64,000 bases of DNA from a bacterium (GTDB lineage: Bacteria; JAMCPX01). Positions 38,959-49,419 of the stretch are shown piece after piece. Made by a program: the position numbers and the translations under genes. The stretch is from assembly GCA_037439545.1 (NCBI GenBank), contig JBBIVV010000005.1, forward strand, positions 6,504 through 70,503. The letters are read 5' to 3'. Within the stretch, counting starts at the first letter, position 1. The number at the start of each line of letters is the position of its first letter. The notes under the pieces are model-generated. The model saw only the letters and a program-made list of their open reading frames with translations, was not told the origin of the DNA and made no database searches.

Positions 38959-39510
38959 ATGAATAAAGAAACATTTTTAACATGGGCAGGAAGGAATGCA
39001 AGACGCATTGGTGTAAAAAAAACACAGGTCGTAAAAGCGTTTGAAAAAGAAATGACCGCACCGGTGAATCCGGACGCACCGTTGGAAATTCCGGACACCA
39101 TGCGTGTAACGATGCGGTATTCGTACGGAGGACAATCAAGGTTCTTCAGGGAGATACTGGAGAACAAACGGATCATGGGTACACGCTGCAGCAATTGCAA
39201 TAAAGTGTTCTGCCCTCCGCGTACACACTGTCCCGAATGCTATGAGCAGACAGAATGGATAGAACTCAAGGGAACGGGCAAAATTCTCAGCTATACAACC
39301 GTATACTTTGCAACATCCTCCTCTATAAAACAGGTGCCGTACATCGTTGCCTACATAAAACTCGACGGCACGGACACGGCTATACTTTCAAACATAGAGA
39401 TGAAAGACGTTAAAAAAGCAAAAGTCGGTATGGAAGTAAGGGTCATGTTCCGCAAACAAAGAGACGGCAGAATCACGGACATCTATTTTAGCCCGCTATT
39501 TACCCCGTGA
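38959..39510 (+). CDS. DUF35 OB-fold/zinc-ribbon protein (thiolase-associated)
   Basis: Rubredoxin-like zinc ribbon (CSNCNKVFCPPRTHCPECY) followed by an OB-fold. AAGGAG RBS. The N-terminal extension is about 45 aa. Confidence 0.8.
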   Translation: MNKETFLTWAGRNARRIGVKKTQVVKAFEKEMTAPVNPDAPLEIPDTMRVTMRYSYGGQSRFFREILENKRIMGTRCSNCNKVFCPPRTHCPECYEQTEWIELKGTGKILSYTTVYFATSSSIKQVPYIVAYIKLDGTDTAILSNIEMKDVKKAKVGMEVRVMFRKQRDGRITDIYFSPLFTP

Positions 39511-39580
39511 GAAGTATGACCGGCGGCAGCTATGTGCCTTCGTGAAATATCCGTCTCTGACCAATGACTCCCGAACGGGG

Positions 39581-40861
39581 TTACGGATTGAACATATGGA
39601 ATACCAATCCGGACAGAAGCTTAGGATAAAAGAACGTGGTTTTCTGCGGCATGTTCAGTGATTTTAACGCAACATCCTTGACATCCTTTGCAGTAGGCGC
39701 ATTCAGAACAAACGCAGCATCCCCTGCTTTCATGGATGCGAGTGCGCTGTTCAGCTCATGGAAATAAGACAATCGTCCGCCTGCCGAGAATGATTGTTCC
39801 GGTATATTCAGTATGCCCTCAAGAATTTCCTTGTTGAGTATATATACGTCGAGGGATTTTAAAGCGTCAGGGGTCATATCGTCCTTAAGCTTTTGAGGCC
39901 TGTAATTGTGGAGTATATATAGGTTATCGCTGCCATAGAATTTAACACCAAAGGCTTTCCCGTGATTTTCTATTTCTTTGACCCATGCTTGAATTGAATC
40001 AATTCCTTGTTTATTCGTCAGCAGGTTGACATCAAAGCATGTTTTTAACCTTTCTATGATCTCTTTTTCATTATGCTCTATAGCATGGACGACTCTGTGT
40101 GTCGGAAGTATTACAAGCCCCGGGTCGCTTATGTTGGTGAAGTACGCCATGATGTAATTATAACTCGCGTTCTCATCCCTGGCGTGAGCGGAAGACATGT
40201 AATCCCTGTACCGTATCGCTGTTTCATACCGGTGGTGTCCGTCGGCAATATACACTCTCTGCCCGCCTATCATCTTCTTTACGGTATCTATGATCTTTTC
40301 TTCGGTAATGCTGTAAAAGAAATGCTCTTCATCGCCTTCTTTGATATGTGCCAGCAGGGTATGAATTGCAGGGCTTATAGTAATACATTCGACGCATTTT
40401 TTCTCATCATCATAAAGCACAAATATGGGCGACAGGTTTCCTTCACATGCTTTCATCAACTCGAACCTGTCTTCTTTCGGCTTTGACAGCGTTTTCTCGT
40501 GCGTATAAACGTCGCTCCCGAGCTTCATAAGCGTTATGAAGCCATGTCTTTCATACATTTTTCCCTTTGCCCGGAACCTCTGTATGTACAGGTAAATGGC
40601 CGGCTGGTTATCTTTGATCAGAACACTTGTTTGTTTCCATTCCTCTATAAACTTTCTCGCCCTGGAGTACCGGTTATTCTTATCATTATCACCTTCATGC
40701 TGTCTCCCGAGTATAAGCCTGACAACATTATGCGGATGTTTTTTGTAAAGTATTTCCTGCTGCTGCTCATTGATGACATCGTAAGGCGGCGCGACAACCT
40801 GCGATAGATCCACCATGCTTTCATTGTATCTTGTTCCTTTAAACGGTCTTATCTCTGTCAT
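39581..40861 (-). CDS. DUF1015-family protein
   Basis: N-terminus MTEIRPFKGTRYN...VVAPPYDVI is characteristic of DUF1015. 426 aa. Confidence 0.7.
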   Translation of the reverse strand: MTEIRPFKGTRYNESMVDLSQVVAPPYDVINEQQQEILYKKHPHNVVRLILGRQHEGDNDKNNRYSRARKFIEEWKQTSVLIKDNQPAIYLYIQRFRAKGKMYERHGFITLMKLGSDVYTHEKTLSKPKEDRFELMKACEGNLSPIFVLYDDEKKCVECITISPAIHTLLAHIKEGDEEHFFYSITEEKIIDTVKKMIGGQRVYIADGHHRYETAIRYRDYMSSAHARDENASYNYIMAYFTNISDPGLVILPTHRVVHAIEHNEKEIIERLKTCFDVNLLTNKQGIDSIQAWVKEIENHGKAFGVKFYGSDNLYILHNYRPQKLKDDMTPDALKSLDVYILNKEILEGILNIPEQSFSAGGRLSYFHELNSALASMKAGDAAFVLNAPTAKDVKDVALKSLNMPQKTTFFYPKLLSGLVFHMFNP

Positions 40862-41480
40862 ATAATACCCTTTCTATTTGAGTTTTTTTTATTATTCCTT
40901 CTCTTATATAGCCTATATCTTTCCCTGTTACATCAATTACCGTTGAAGGCATGGTATGTATCTTACCCCCATCGATGATAAGGTCAACCTTATCGGTAAT
41001 ACTTGTTGGCGTGCCTGCAACGGATGCTGCGGGCCCCTCATTGGATATGTTTGCACTCGTTGAAACGACAGGATGATCGTAACTATTAAAAATCGACCGG
41101 ATCAGTGGATAGGGTGACAGCCTTAATCCAAGCCTGCCGGTGCCTCCTGTCAATAAGCTGCTCATGCCCTGCCTCGCATTGAATATAAGTGTCAGTGCGC
41201 CGGGCCAAAATGCCTCAATCAATCGCCCGGCAGCAGGCGGAATCTCCGCAACAAGCTCTTTTAACATGGTTCTGTCTTTGATAAGCAGTATGAGAGGTTT
41301 GCCCGGCGGGCGTTGTTTTATTTCAAAGATGCGGTTCACGGCAACATCGTTGAATGCATCGCATCCTATGCCGTATACGGTTTCAGTAGGGTAAAGCATA
41401 ATCCCGCCGTGCGTTAATGTCCGTATGATTACCGGTATGTTTCTGTTGTCCGGGATGCTCTTATCTACTGTTAAATACAA
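40839..41480 (-). CDS. tsaC: L-threonylcarbamoyladenylate synthase, YrdC/TsaC type
   Basis: YrdC fold motifs (TETVYGIGCDAFN, KQRPPGKPLILLI, STSANISNEGPAA). 213 aa with no Sua5 C-terminal domain. Confidence 0.8.
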   Translation of the reverse strand: MYLTVDKSIPDNRNIPVIIRTLTHGGIMLYPTETVYGIGCDAFNDVAVNRIFEIKQRPPGKPLILLIKDRTMLKELVAEIPPAAGRLIEAFWPGALTLIFNARQGMSSLLTGGTGRLGLRLSPYPLIRSIFNSYDHPVVSTSANISNEGPAASVAGTPTSITDKVDLIIDGGKIHTMPSTVIDVTGKDIGYIREGIIKKTQIERVLYDRDKTV

Positions 41481-41482
41481 GT

Positions 41483-41962
41483 TTATTTCTTTTTGTCTGC
41501 ACTGCCGGCAAGTGTCTGTCTGTATTCGATCAGTTTTCTATGTAACGATTCATCGCCAAGGGCAAGTATCTCTATGGCAAGTAGCGCTGCATTCTTTGCA
41601 CCGGCTTCTCCGATTGCAACAGTTGCGACCGGTATTCCCCCGGGCATTTGCACGGTTGACAGGAGTGCGTCCATACCGGACAGGTATGAGGAAGGCAGAG
41701 GCACACCTATTACAGGCAGTACAGTCTCCGATGCGATAACCCCTGCAAGATGCGCGGCACCGCCGGCACCTGCAATTATAACGCGGTATCCATGTTCTCG
41801 TGCTTTCACGGAGAGCGCTCTCGTTTTCTCCGGAGTCCTGTGGGCTGAGGAAACAACCATATCATAACCTACGTTAAAGCTATCCAGAACCTTTGCGCAT
41901 TCCGACATAAATTTTTCGTCAGAACCGCTCCCCATGACGATTAATATTTTTTTTGTGTCCAT
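41483..41962 (-). CDS. purE: 5-(carboxyamino)imidazole ribonucleotide mutase
   Basis: 159 aa with PurE signature (ILIVMGSGSD ... IIAGAGGAAHLAGVIASET). Confidence 0.9.
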   Translation of the reverse strand: MDTKKILIVMGSGSDEKFMSECAKVLDSFNVGYDMVVSSAHRTPEKTRALSVKAREHGYRVIIAGAGGAAHLAGVIASETVLPVIGVPLPSSYLSGMDALLSTVQMPGGIPVATVAIGEAGAKNAALLAIEILALGDESLHRKLIEYRQTLAGSADKKK

Positions 41963-42051
41963 AAATATTTTTTACCATATGCGTGTTTTGTGATCAAGTA
42001 AATATGATGAGGTATTACGAACAGCCGCATAGTCCATTGCAAGGAATTGTT

Positions 42052-43380
42052 CTATTTTATCCGTTTTTTGTAATGCTTGCTTGCCACACTCGTGAAGAGT
42101 GCCGATATCCCTGCCGATGCCAAAACGATCATATACGGCAGTACCGTCAGACGGAACCGCGGTTCTGCCTCTGGGCCGGCAGATACAATGACAAAATAAG
42201 CTATTATAAATAGCAGGAATAAAAGCTCCCTGATATACCCCTCTCCGGTAATGATGATAATCCCCATGATAATCAGCAAACCTGTCACGACGGTGAAAAT
42301 GATTTGATAGATGACAACTCCGAATACGACAGGCGGATCCGAAAACAGCATGTGGACCATATCGTGCATAGACTGTCTTTGCCACATGAAACCAAGCAGC
42401 TTCGGCTTTATATTCTCGAGTTTAAACACCGCATACCGCTCGGGCGAAAGGAGCATGTTTATACTGCCTTTCAGCACGACAATGGAATAAGCATGGAGGT
42501 GGTGAAGGATAATATGTGCCCCTTTGTCGCGATAAAACTGGTACGTCGATGCTATCGACGGCTCTTGCGGCACTGCATTTTCCAGATCATCCTGTGCTTG
42601 TTTTAACGGGATGTGCCCGGTCTCTGCAACGACGCCTGCCGCCCTCCAGTGATAAAGGTTTATGTCCTGTATTGAGCAGAATCCTTTGTAACCATCAACC
42701 ATATAATTTCTGACCATCCACGGCAGAACTGCCAGACCGGTTACAAGGATCATGCCGGCGGCATATTTCAGTCTGTCTCTTACCGATAACCGCGAAGCTA
42801 TTATGTACAAAGCAGCGTACATAAATGGCGCATAAAGCATGATAGGCCTCAGGTAAGCAGCCATACCGGCCGTGATTGCCGATATGATAAATGCAGCAGA
42901 GTCTTTCTTTTTCATTGATTTGATAAGAAAAAAGGTGCTCATCAGCAAGAAGAGCACAAACAGGGTTTCCGATAACAGGATATTGCCGTATATGATACTC
43001 ACAGGCTCGAGGATGGATACGATAGCCGCAATCTTTGCAATCCTTTTTGAAAATAAAAGCTCTGCATTGAGATATAAAAAGATTGGGATAAAACCTGAAA
43101 GCAGGATTTGGAAGAACAATGCAATAGCAGGTCTTACGCCGAAGATCCTGTAGACTATAGATAGGAAAAACGGGTACCCCGGTGATCTTTGAAGCCCCGG
43201 CTCTCCTTTGTCGGGAACATAATAGCCGTGGAGCGCCATGTTTGCCCCCAGTTCACTGTACTGATAAGAATCAGCGAGAAAGAACCTGTTTGTGTCGTCA
43301 AAGGTAAAGAAAAAAGGGACAAGCCTTATCCCGGCATAAAACACAAACAAAAGAAAGAAAAGACCCGCTCTTTTATTCAT
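42052..43380 (-). CDS. GT-C superfamily membrane glycosyltransferase (ArnT/PMT-like, family 39/83-type)
   Basis: 442 aa with about 11 TM segments. The first extracytoplasmic loop carries an FDD motif and RSPGYPFFL, similar to ArnT/PMT_2 proteins. Confidence 0.65.
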   Translation of the reverse strand: MNKRAGLFFLLFVFYAGIRLVPFFFTFDDTNRFFLADSYQYSELGANMALHGYYVPDKGEPGLQRSPGYPFFLSIVYRIFGVRPAIALFFQILLSGFIPIFLYLNAELLFSKRIAKIAAIVSILEPVSIIYGNILLSETLFVLFLLMSTFFLIKSMKKKDSAAFIISAITAGMAAYLRPIMLYAPFMYAALYIIASRLSVRDRLKYAAGMILVTGLAVLPWMVRNYMVDGYKGFCSIQDINLYHWRAAGVVAETGHIPLKQAQDDLENAVPQEPSIASTYQFYRDKGAHIILHHLHAYSIVVLKGSINMLLSPERYAVFKLENIKPKLLGFMWQRQSMHDMVHMLFSDPPVVFGVVIYQIIFTVVTGLLIIMGIIIITGEGYIRELLFLLFIIAYFVIVSAGPEAEPRFRLTVLPYMIVLASAGISALFTSVASKHYKKRIK

Positions 43381-43398
43381 ACTATACTCTCACCATGC

Positions 43399-46300
43399 TT
43401 ATAACGCCCTTCTTTTCATCGCGATGATGAACAATAACGGCATAGCTCCAATCAAGATTATGATCAACAGATCAATACGGGTTGCCGTGCCCGATGTGTT
43501 ACACGAACATCCGCTGCTGCTTGAAGATGATCCGGATGGCGCTTTCCACATATACAAATACCCTTCCCTTGTCGATGCCGCAACAGCAAGATGCCCGTTA
43601 CGCACTGGCAGCGGGATCGTATAATTCCCCGTATTCCAAAGATCGTGATGGAATTTTGCCCATTGCAGTGCATTCGGAGCCGACGCATTGCTTCTTGATT
43701 CAACATTACCTACGGCATTCGATGAAAGTATCCAGCCTCCCGTAAACTTGGGCCACCCTGCAGGCATAGTACCCTTTGCGTCCCATGCCCATACCTGGTA
43801 ACCCGCGCTCCCCTCGATTACTTCAGGCATGCCGTCTCCGGTAATATCCGCTATGACCGGTGCGTTTAACATCTGCCAATCCTCTATCGCTCTGGGAAAA
43901 TACGGCGCATAGGTGTTGTTATTAACATCCCAAACAGAAACAAGGTGATCGAAAGGTTCTCTCAGCGATCCATTTGCCTCCATATTCAGTACATTCATGC
44001 CGACCGCACCGTAAGCAAGCTGCGTGTCGCCATTGGAAAGGGACCCTACCGACATGTTTGATATCAGGGTGATTGCCCCGGTCTCCGCCGTATCCGCATT
44101 TGCGGGAAATTTACCGGATATAGATTGAAACACACTGCCATCCGGATTAAAAATAATGGGGTTGGAGGATATAGGATTGAAGGCGACCTTTAATCCCGGA
44201 TCACTGCCTGATTTGAACAACACCGGAGATGTCGGAATACCAATGCCTATATACGGCAATATATCGGGGGAAATAGCTGAAATCTGTTTGGGCCATCCCG
44301 GTGCATAGGTGCCGTCAAGGTTCATGACATAGGCTTGCGTTGCTCCACGGTAGTCTTCATTCGTGCCGACCGCAATCTCAACACCGCCATTGCCGAGTAT
44401 ATCGCCGACAGCAGGGGTTGAAACTATCCTTGTGTACTGTCTGTAATACGGCACTGTATTGTTATAAACAGCAAAGTCTCTAATCAATGCACCTGTCCCG
44501 TCCCATATATAAACATGCTGATCCTCTGCCGCAACGATTATATCGAGTCCTTTGCTGCCTACCGGATACAGCACGGGTGAAGCAAGGATTGCATGATTGG
44601 GAATGTCATTTTTAGAATTGGGGGCGCATTTTGGATCTGCCCCTCCACAGTTTAATGATTGAAGGACACTGCTCCTTAAGGTCGTGTTGGTAAACAGATC
44701 CGAATAACCATAATTAATATGCACCGGGAAGCCAGGCAGTATGTTCCCCTGATTGTCCCATGCGTATACACGCCCATCCATTGTTGCTGCAACGATATCC
44801 GTTATGCCGTTGCCGAGCAGATCACCTACGGCAACAGTACTGAGAATAGACGCTGACGCCGGTGTGATCGTTCCGCCTGCGTAAGCTGGCGCATTCAGAT
44901 GATTGACCAGATTGGCCGGCTGGGAGGTGTCAAACACATCAAGCACATCTGTCGCGAGCGGGAATCCAGGCAATGGATTGCCATTTTTATCAAACCCATA
45001 CACCCTGCCGTCAGAGCCGCCTATCAAAAGTACATCCCTGCCCGTGCCATAAAGATCGGCGAACACCGGGGAAGATTCTAAAGAGGTCCCCAGGTAAATC
45101 GGATAATTCGGATAAAGATCAGAATCATGATGTATGAATATTTCCCTTCGGTCTTCTCCATACAATCGTGTGTCGCCTGTTGACAGGATTGGCAGTTCAT
45201 AAATATTTTTGTGCTGATTATCGAATACCCTTACCCTTATCGTAAGTGCATAATCATTTGCACCACCCTCTGTCCATGTCTCGACATTCGTAATGGGTTT
45301 TTCTGTAATGGGGATGTTTGCAAGATTTATCGTACATAGCTTGCCTGATAAAGGCGATGTCAACCCTTTTTGATTACACACGGTAACGAAGGCTGACGGC
45401 GTTATACCGATGCCGTATTGCACCTCGTAATCATATGAGCCCGCCCTGCGTGCATTAACATATCCATAGATGTCGAGGTCAGGCACCTGAACAGGATCTA
45501 TTGTCTGGAACCAGTTCGGGTCTGTTATATCGGCTTCCGGAGGGATAGCGGTCGTGGTAACAGACAGGACTGCCTTATACAAGTTTGCCCTGCCGTAACC
45601 GAAGTATTGGTCCCAGCCGGGCAAAGACTCATAAAGGGTCGGGTCGTAATTTGCCGAGCCCGGGACAGAATTCGGTATATTGATGTCATCGGCAGTTAAC
45701 GTTACTATCTGTTTGAATTCGTTTGCAGTCAGCTTTATGCCTTCTGTGAATGCCATTGATGCGATAATACCTGCCATACCGGATGTTTTGCCGGTTGCCT
45801 CAGAGGAACAGCTTTCGCCCGGCGTGGAAAGTACGAGATGTGCACCGTAGTTGGTACAATTGTTGAATGCAAGAAATGAGGTGATGGGCTTATTCTTGTT
45901 CCCGAGGTTATTGGTAGCAACGGCATGGACCATGATAACATGATTGCCGTTTGATGGATAATTGTGGTGCATGCTGTCTTCATCGGCCGCAGAAGCTATG
46001 ATAACAACGTTATGATTATATGCATAATCGATTGCCTGTTGTGCAAAACGGGTCATATTCAGTGTGCCGAACGCCTCCTGGATAACTGAAGCGCCGCTGT
46101 CCGTCGCAAAGAGCACACCCTCTGCAAAATGGTTCGAATCGGCCACAAAGCTGTCTCCGCACCTTACCGGCATGAACATACATCTTGGACATACGCCCGG
46201 GCTCCCGACCGAAGAATCGTTCGCAGGTGCTGATGAATCCTCTGCCTCGCCTGTTCCATGACCGAAACTATTTAAATCCCATGGATCGTTGTTGTTGTCC

Positions 46301-47109
46301 CTGAAGTTCCATCCTGCAATGTCCCGTGCATAACCATTATGGTCGGCATCAACGCCGTCCTGACCGAAGAGTAAGATCAAATCTTCGGGATCTATGAAGC
46401 CGTTGCCGTTCTGATCGGTTATCGGTACAGAGGTGCTGTTGTACCACGCAGACCCGGCTCCGCCTCTCGAACCATCGTAATCCGCAATATTAAAAACACC
46501 ATCCTGATTCCAATCAAAGCATGAGATGTTGTAATAACCGCCATTTGCAACACACGCGGTCGTTGCTGAAACATCTGTGCCTGCTGCCAGGTGGCATGTA
46601 CATCCCGTTACAAACCCGCCAGCAATGACTGAAGGGTTATATGGCGGAGGCAGTTCCCTGTAGTTGAGATGAATCTTATCAACCAGACTCCGGTTATTCC
46701 ATTCTATTCCTGAATCCAAAACAGCTATCAGTACATGCGGATCACCTGTTGTATATTGCCATGCCCTGTCAGCGCTGATGCCGCTCACGCCATAGAGCTG
46801 TTCAGGAGTGTCAAGGGATGCCGTACCCTGCACCAGATAAGGCTCAAAACTAAAGTAATTCCAGTCCTCATCAAGGACACCTGCACCTGAGTTATAATAA
46901 GTGCCGGTGGTGGGACCGAACCCTGGCTCTGCCTTAGCATAATTGGGGTCCCAGGGAAGATACTGGACCCAGTCAGAACTCTTTATGGAGCTCGGTGTGC
47001 CGGGTGTTCCGGGCCAATTTGGATTGCCTCCCTGGGCAAGCACTTTGATACCTGCCAGTAAACCTACTGCAAACATCACAATGACCGCTGTTATTAGTTT
47101 CGTTTTCAT
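43399..47109 (-). CDS. large secreted S8 (subtilisin-like) peptidase with FG-GAP/beta-propeller repeats and C-terminal Ser-rich linker plus TM anchor
   Basis: Signal peptide. The S8 triad regions are VLIAVLDSGIEWNN, FGHGTGEAEDS and KTSGMAGIIASM. At least three FG-GAP-like repeats follow (VGDLLGNGITDIVAATMDGRVYAWD, VGDILGNGGVEIAVGT, IADITGDGMPEVIEGSAGYQVWAWD). The C-terminus reads SSSSSSGCSCNTSGTA-TM-KRRAL. Confidence 0.75.
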   Translation of the reverse strand: MKTKLITAVIVMFAVGLLAGIKVLAQGGNPNWPGTPGTPSSIKSSDWVQYLPWDPNYAKAEPGFGPTTGTYYNSGAGVLDEDWNYFSFEPYLVQGTASLDTPEQLYGVSGISADRAWQYTTGDPHVLIAVLDSGIEWNNRSLVDKIHLNYRELPPPYNPSVIAGGFVTGCTCHLAAGTDVSATTACVANGGYYNISCFDWNQDGVFNIADYDGSRGGAGSAWYNSTSVPITDQNGNGFIDPEDLILLFGQDGVDADHNGYARDIAGWNFRDNNNDPWDLNSFGHGTGEAEDSSAPANDSSVGSPGVCPRCMFMPVRCGDSFVADSNHFAEGVLFATDSGASVIQEAFGTLNMTRFAQQAIDYAYNHNVVIIASAADEDSMHHNYPSNGNHVIMVHAVATNNLGNKNKPITSFLAFNNCTNYGAHLVLSTPGESCSSEATGKTSGMAGIIASMAFTEGIKLTANEFKQIVTLTADDINIPNSVPGSANYDPTLYESLPGWDQYFGYGRANLYKAVLSVTTTAIPPEADITDPNWFQTIDPVQVPDLDIYGYVNARRAGSYDYEVQYGIGITPSAFVTVCNQKGLTSPLSGKLCTINLANIPITEKPITNVETWTEGGANDYALTIRVRVFDNQHKNIYELPILSTGDTRLYGEDRREIFIHHDSDLYPNYPIYLGTSLESSPVFADLYGTGRDVLLIGGSDGRVYGFDKNGNPLPGFPLATDVLDVFDTSQPANLVNHLNAPAYAGGTITPASASILSTVAVGDLLGNGITDIVAATMDGRVYAWDNQGNILPGFPVHINYGYSDLFTNTTLRSSVLQSLNCGGADPKCAPNSKNDIPNHAILASPVLYPVGSKGLDIIVAAEDQHVYIWDGTGALIRDFAVYNNTVPYYRQYTRIVSTPAVGDILGNGGVEIAVGTNEDYRGATQAYVMNLDGTYAPGWPKQISAISPDILPYIGIGIPTSPVLFKSGSDPGLKVAFNPISSNPIIFNPDGSVFQSISGKFPANADTAETGAITLISNMSVGSLSNGDTQLAYGAVGMNVLNMEANGSLREPFDHLVSVWDVNNNTYAPYFPRAIEDWQMLNAPVIADITGDGMPEVIEGSAGYQVWAWDAKGTMPAGWPKFTGGWILSSNAVGNVESRSNASAPNALQWAKFHHDLWNTGNYTIPLPVRNGHLAVAASTREGYLYMWKAPSGSSSSSSGCSCNTSGTATRIDLLIIILIGAMPLLFIIAMKRRAL

Positions 47110-47244
47110 ATATTTCCCCCCTCTTTCTCATACCCTGTTTCTTTATTACCTGACGGGCAATCTATTTCTTTTCAAGGCGGTGCATGGGTTATTTTCGTCG
47201 CGGCGCCCTGGCGGCCGCTCCTCGCAATGACATTGTGCCCAGGT

Positions 47245-49275
47245 TTATATCGTCAGAGCCAATTCAAACCCATGCTTTATGGCATCCAGTGCCTTTGCCG
47301 CAGACAGTGCATCCCCTATCACATGAATACGTTTGTCCTTTATCTTTGAGAATGGATTATAGGGAGCTGCACCTGTCGCAAGTATGATTACTCCGGCATC
47401 AAATGACTGCGTCTGTCCGTTATTCTCGGCATGTACTACGCCTTCCTCTATTTTGGTTACCCTTGTATTGGTGTACATCTTTATGCCGCGTCTCTTTAAC
47501 TGCTGCATGACCGGCCAGCGGGTTGATCTCCCGATGTCCTTGCCCATCTTATCGAGCATCTCGAGCATAATAATCTTTCTTGTAGATTCCTTTAAAAGCT
47601 TTTGAACAAGCACGGGGTCCTCTGCATCATTTTCAAGTAAGAACCGGGCCACCTGTCCATCCATAGTGCCGCCTTCTGCAAGATACAGGGCGACATCACA
47701 CCCTACTGCACCGCCTCCGATGATGACGATGTCCTTTGTCGTACCCGTAAACTCCTGAGAAAGAATATTCCATGCAAGCTTCACATACCCATCTTCGATA
47801 CCCTCTTCCAGTCCTTCTATGCCGGGTATGACCGGAGCAGCACCGGTGGCAACGATAATCTCATCCGCTTTGAGTTTTGCAAGGCTGTTCTTGTTTATAG
47901 CTTTCCCAAGATAAAGGTTGACGCCATGATGCTCGAGTTGATGTGCAAAATAGAGCAAAAGATCATAAAATCCCGCTTTATCAGGCACAGCACTTGCAAG
48001 ATTAAATTGCCCGCCGATCCATTTCTCTTTCTCGTAAATGCTCACCTTGTGCCCTCTTTGAGCAAGTGTTATTGCAGCTTCAAGCCCGGCCGGGCCCGCA
48101 CCTATGACCGCAACTTTCTTAGGCTTCTTAGCCTTGGTAAGCTTTATTTCCTGCTCTTTGCCGACAATAGGGTTTACAAGACAGGTTGCGGGCATTCCGT
48201 TAAAAATGTTGTCAAAACATCCTTGATTGCAGGCTATACAGTAATTGATCTCTTCAAGTTCGCCTTTCTGAGACTTTAGAGGAAAGTTCGGATCAGCTAT
48301 CAATGCCCTTCCCATGATCACCATATCCGCCCAGCCGTCATTGATAACCTTCTCGGCTACCTTCGGATTGTTGATCCTGTTGGATGCCATAACGGGTACG
48401 TGAACAGCCTGCTTTACCTTCATTGCAAGGTATGAAAATGCACCCTCCGGCACTGCAAAGGTAAGCTGCGGCACATGCGTTTCATGCCAGCCGCCTGTTA
48501 TATTAAATCCGTCGATGCCTGCCTGGTCCAGTACCTTTGCGAATTCAACCGTTTCATTTATCGTATTGCTTCCATGAACAAAATCACTGCCGGAGAGCCT
48601 CATAATGACAGGGAAATCGTCTCCAACGGTCTGTCTAACTTTTTGAAAAACCTCTCTGCCGAACCGCATCCTGTTTTCAAACGATCCTCCGTATTCGTCT
48701 GTCCTCTGGTTTGTTAAGGGAGACAGGAACTGGCAGATAAGATACCCTGCCGATGCAAGGATCTCGATACCATCTATGCCGGCCTTTTTTGCACGGAGTG
48801 CTGCATCGGCATAATGCTGCTGGACCTGTTTTATTTCACCGGCTGTCAACGGTTTTGGAGCCTCATGGGTAAGTTTTGAAGGCACTGATGACGCAGAAAC
48901 AGGCGTTTCACCGCCTATCATCCATGACGCCACATACCTGCCTGCATGATAAAGCTGTGCAAAGATCTTCGTATCATAGGTGTGCACCTTTTTTGCAAAA
49001 GCAGTCAATCCCGGAATAAAATCATCTGTATCGAGTCTAATCATAAATGGTCCTGCCCCGACCTTATCTATGGTGCATCCGCCGATGATGATCAATCCGG
49101 CGCCGCCCTTTGCCCTGCTTTCGAAGAACGAGGTCATTTGATCGGTAACAAAGCCTTCCGGCGTGTAATTCAGATGCATGGCAGGGAAAACAATTCTGTT
49201 CTTTATCTCGAGCTTATTTATGTGTACAGGCGTAAACAGTGAAGTGAAATATTTGCTGTTCATGTGTTCCTCCAA
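47245..49275 (-). CDS. NADH:flavin oxidoreductase (old yellow enzyme) fused to FAD/NAD(P)-binding domain; 2,4-dienoyl-CoA reductase (FadH)-like
   Basis: 676 aa. An OYE TIM-barrel N-terminus (FPAMHLNYTPEG, QLYHAGRY), a Cys motif (CIACNQGCFD) and a C-terminal Rossmann domain (VAVIGAGPAGLEAA). Confidence 0.85.
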   Translation of the reverse strand: MEEHMNSKYFTSLFTPVHINKLEIKNRIVFPAMHLNYTPEGFVTDQMTSFFESRAKGGAGLIIIGGCTIDKVGAGPFMIRLDTDDFIPGLTAFAKKVHTYDTKIFAQLYHAGRYVASWMIGGETPVSASSVPSKLTHEAPKPLTAGEIKQVQQHYADAALRAKKAGIDGIEILASAGYLICQFLSPLTNQRTDEYGGSFENRMRFGREVFQKVRQTVGDDFPVIMRLSGSDFVHGSNTINETVEFAKVLDQAGIDGFNITGGWHETHVPQLTFAVPEGAFSYLAMKVKQAVHVPVMASNRINNPKVAEKVINDGWADMVIMGRALIADPNFPLKSQKGELEEINYCIACNQGCFDNIFNGMPATCLVNPIVGKEQEIKLTKAKKPKKVAVIGAGPAGLEAAITLAQRGHKVSIYEKEKWIGGQFNLASAVPDKAGFYDLLLYFAHQLEHHGVNLYLGKAINKNSLAKLKADEIIVATGAAPVIPGIEGLEEGIEDGYVKLAWNILSQEFTGTTKDIVIIGGGAVGCDVALYLAEGGTMDGQVARFLLENDAEDPVLVQKLLKESTRKIIMLEMLDKMGKDIGRSTRWPVMQQLKRRGIKMYTNTRVTKIEEGVVHAENNGQTQSFDAGVIILATGAAPYNPFSKIKDKRIHVIGDALSAAKALDAIKHGFELALTI

Positions 49276-49419
49276 TTTCCTGCCTATACATCATAGCTTG
49301 TTCGATGTCTACTAAAATAACACGGATCCTTCTCAAAAAAAGTGATTATGGAGCTCCCGGATAAACACTACTTTGGTAGGATTCATGAAATGGAACAACA
49401 CCGGAAACTTCCTCGGGGG

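Noticed and set aside
47110-47244. GC-rich hairpin (GCGGCCGCCAGGGCGCCGC) as a terminator for the OYE/FadH-like gene
   Set aside because: The stem is only 5 bp and is not followed by a U-tract on the transcribed strand. It is not a convincing intrinsic terminator.
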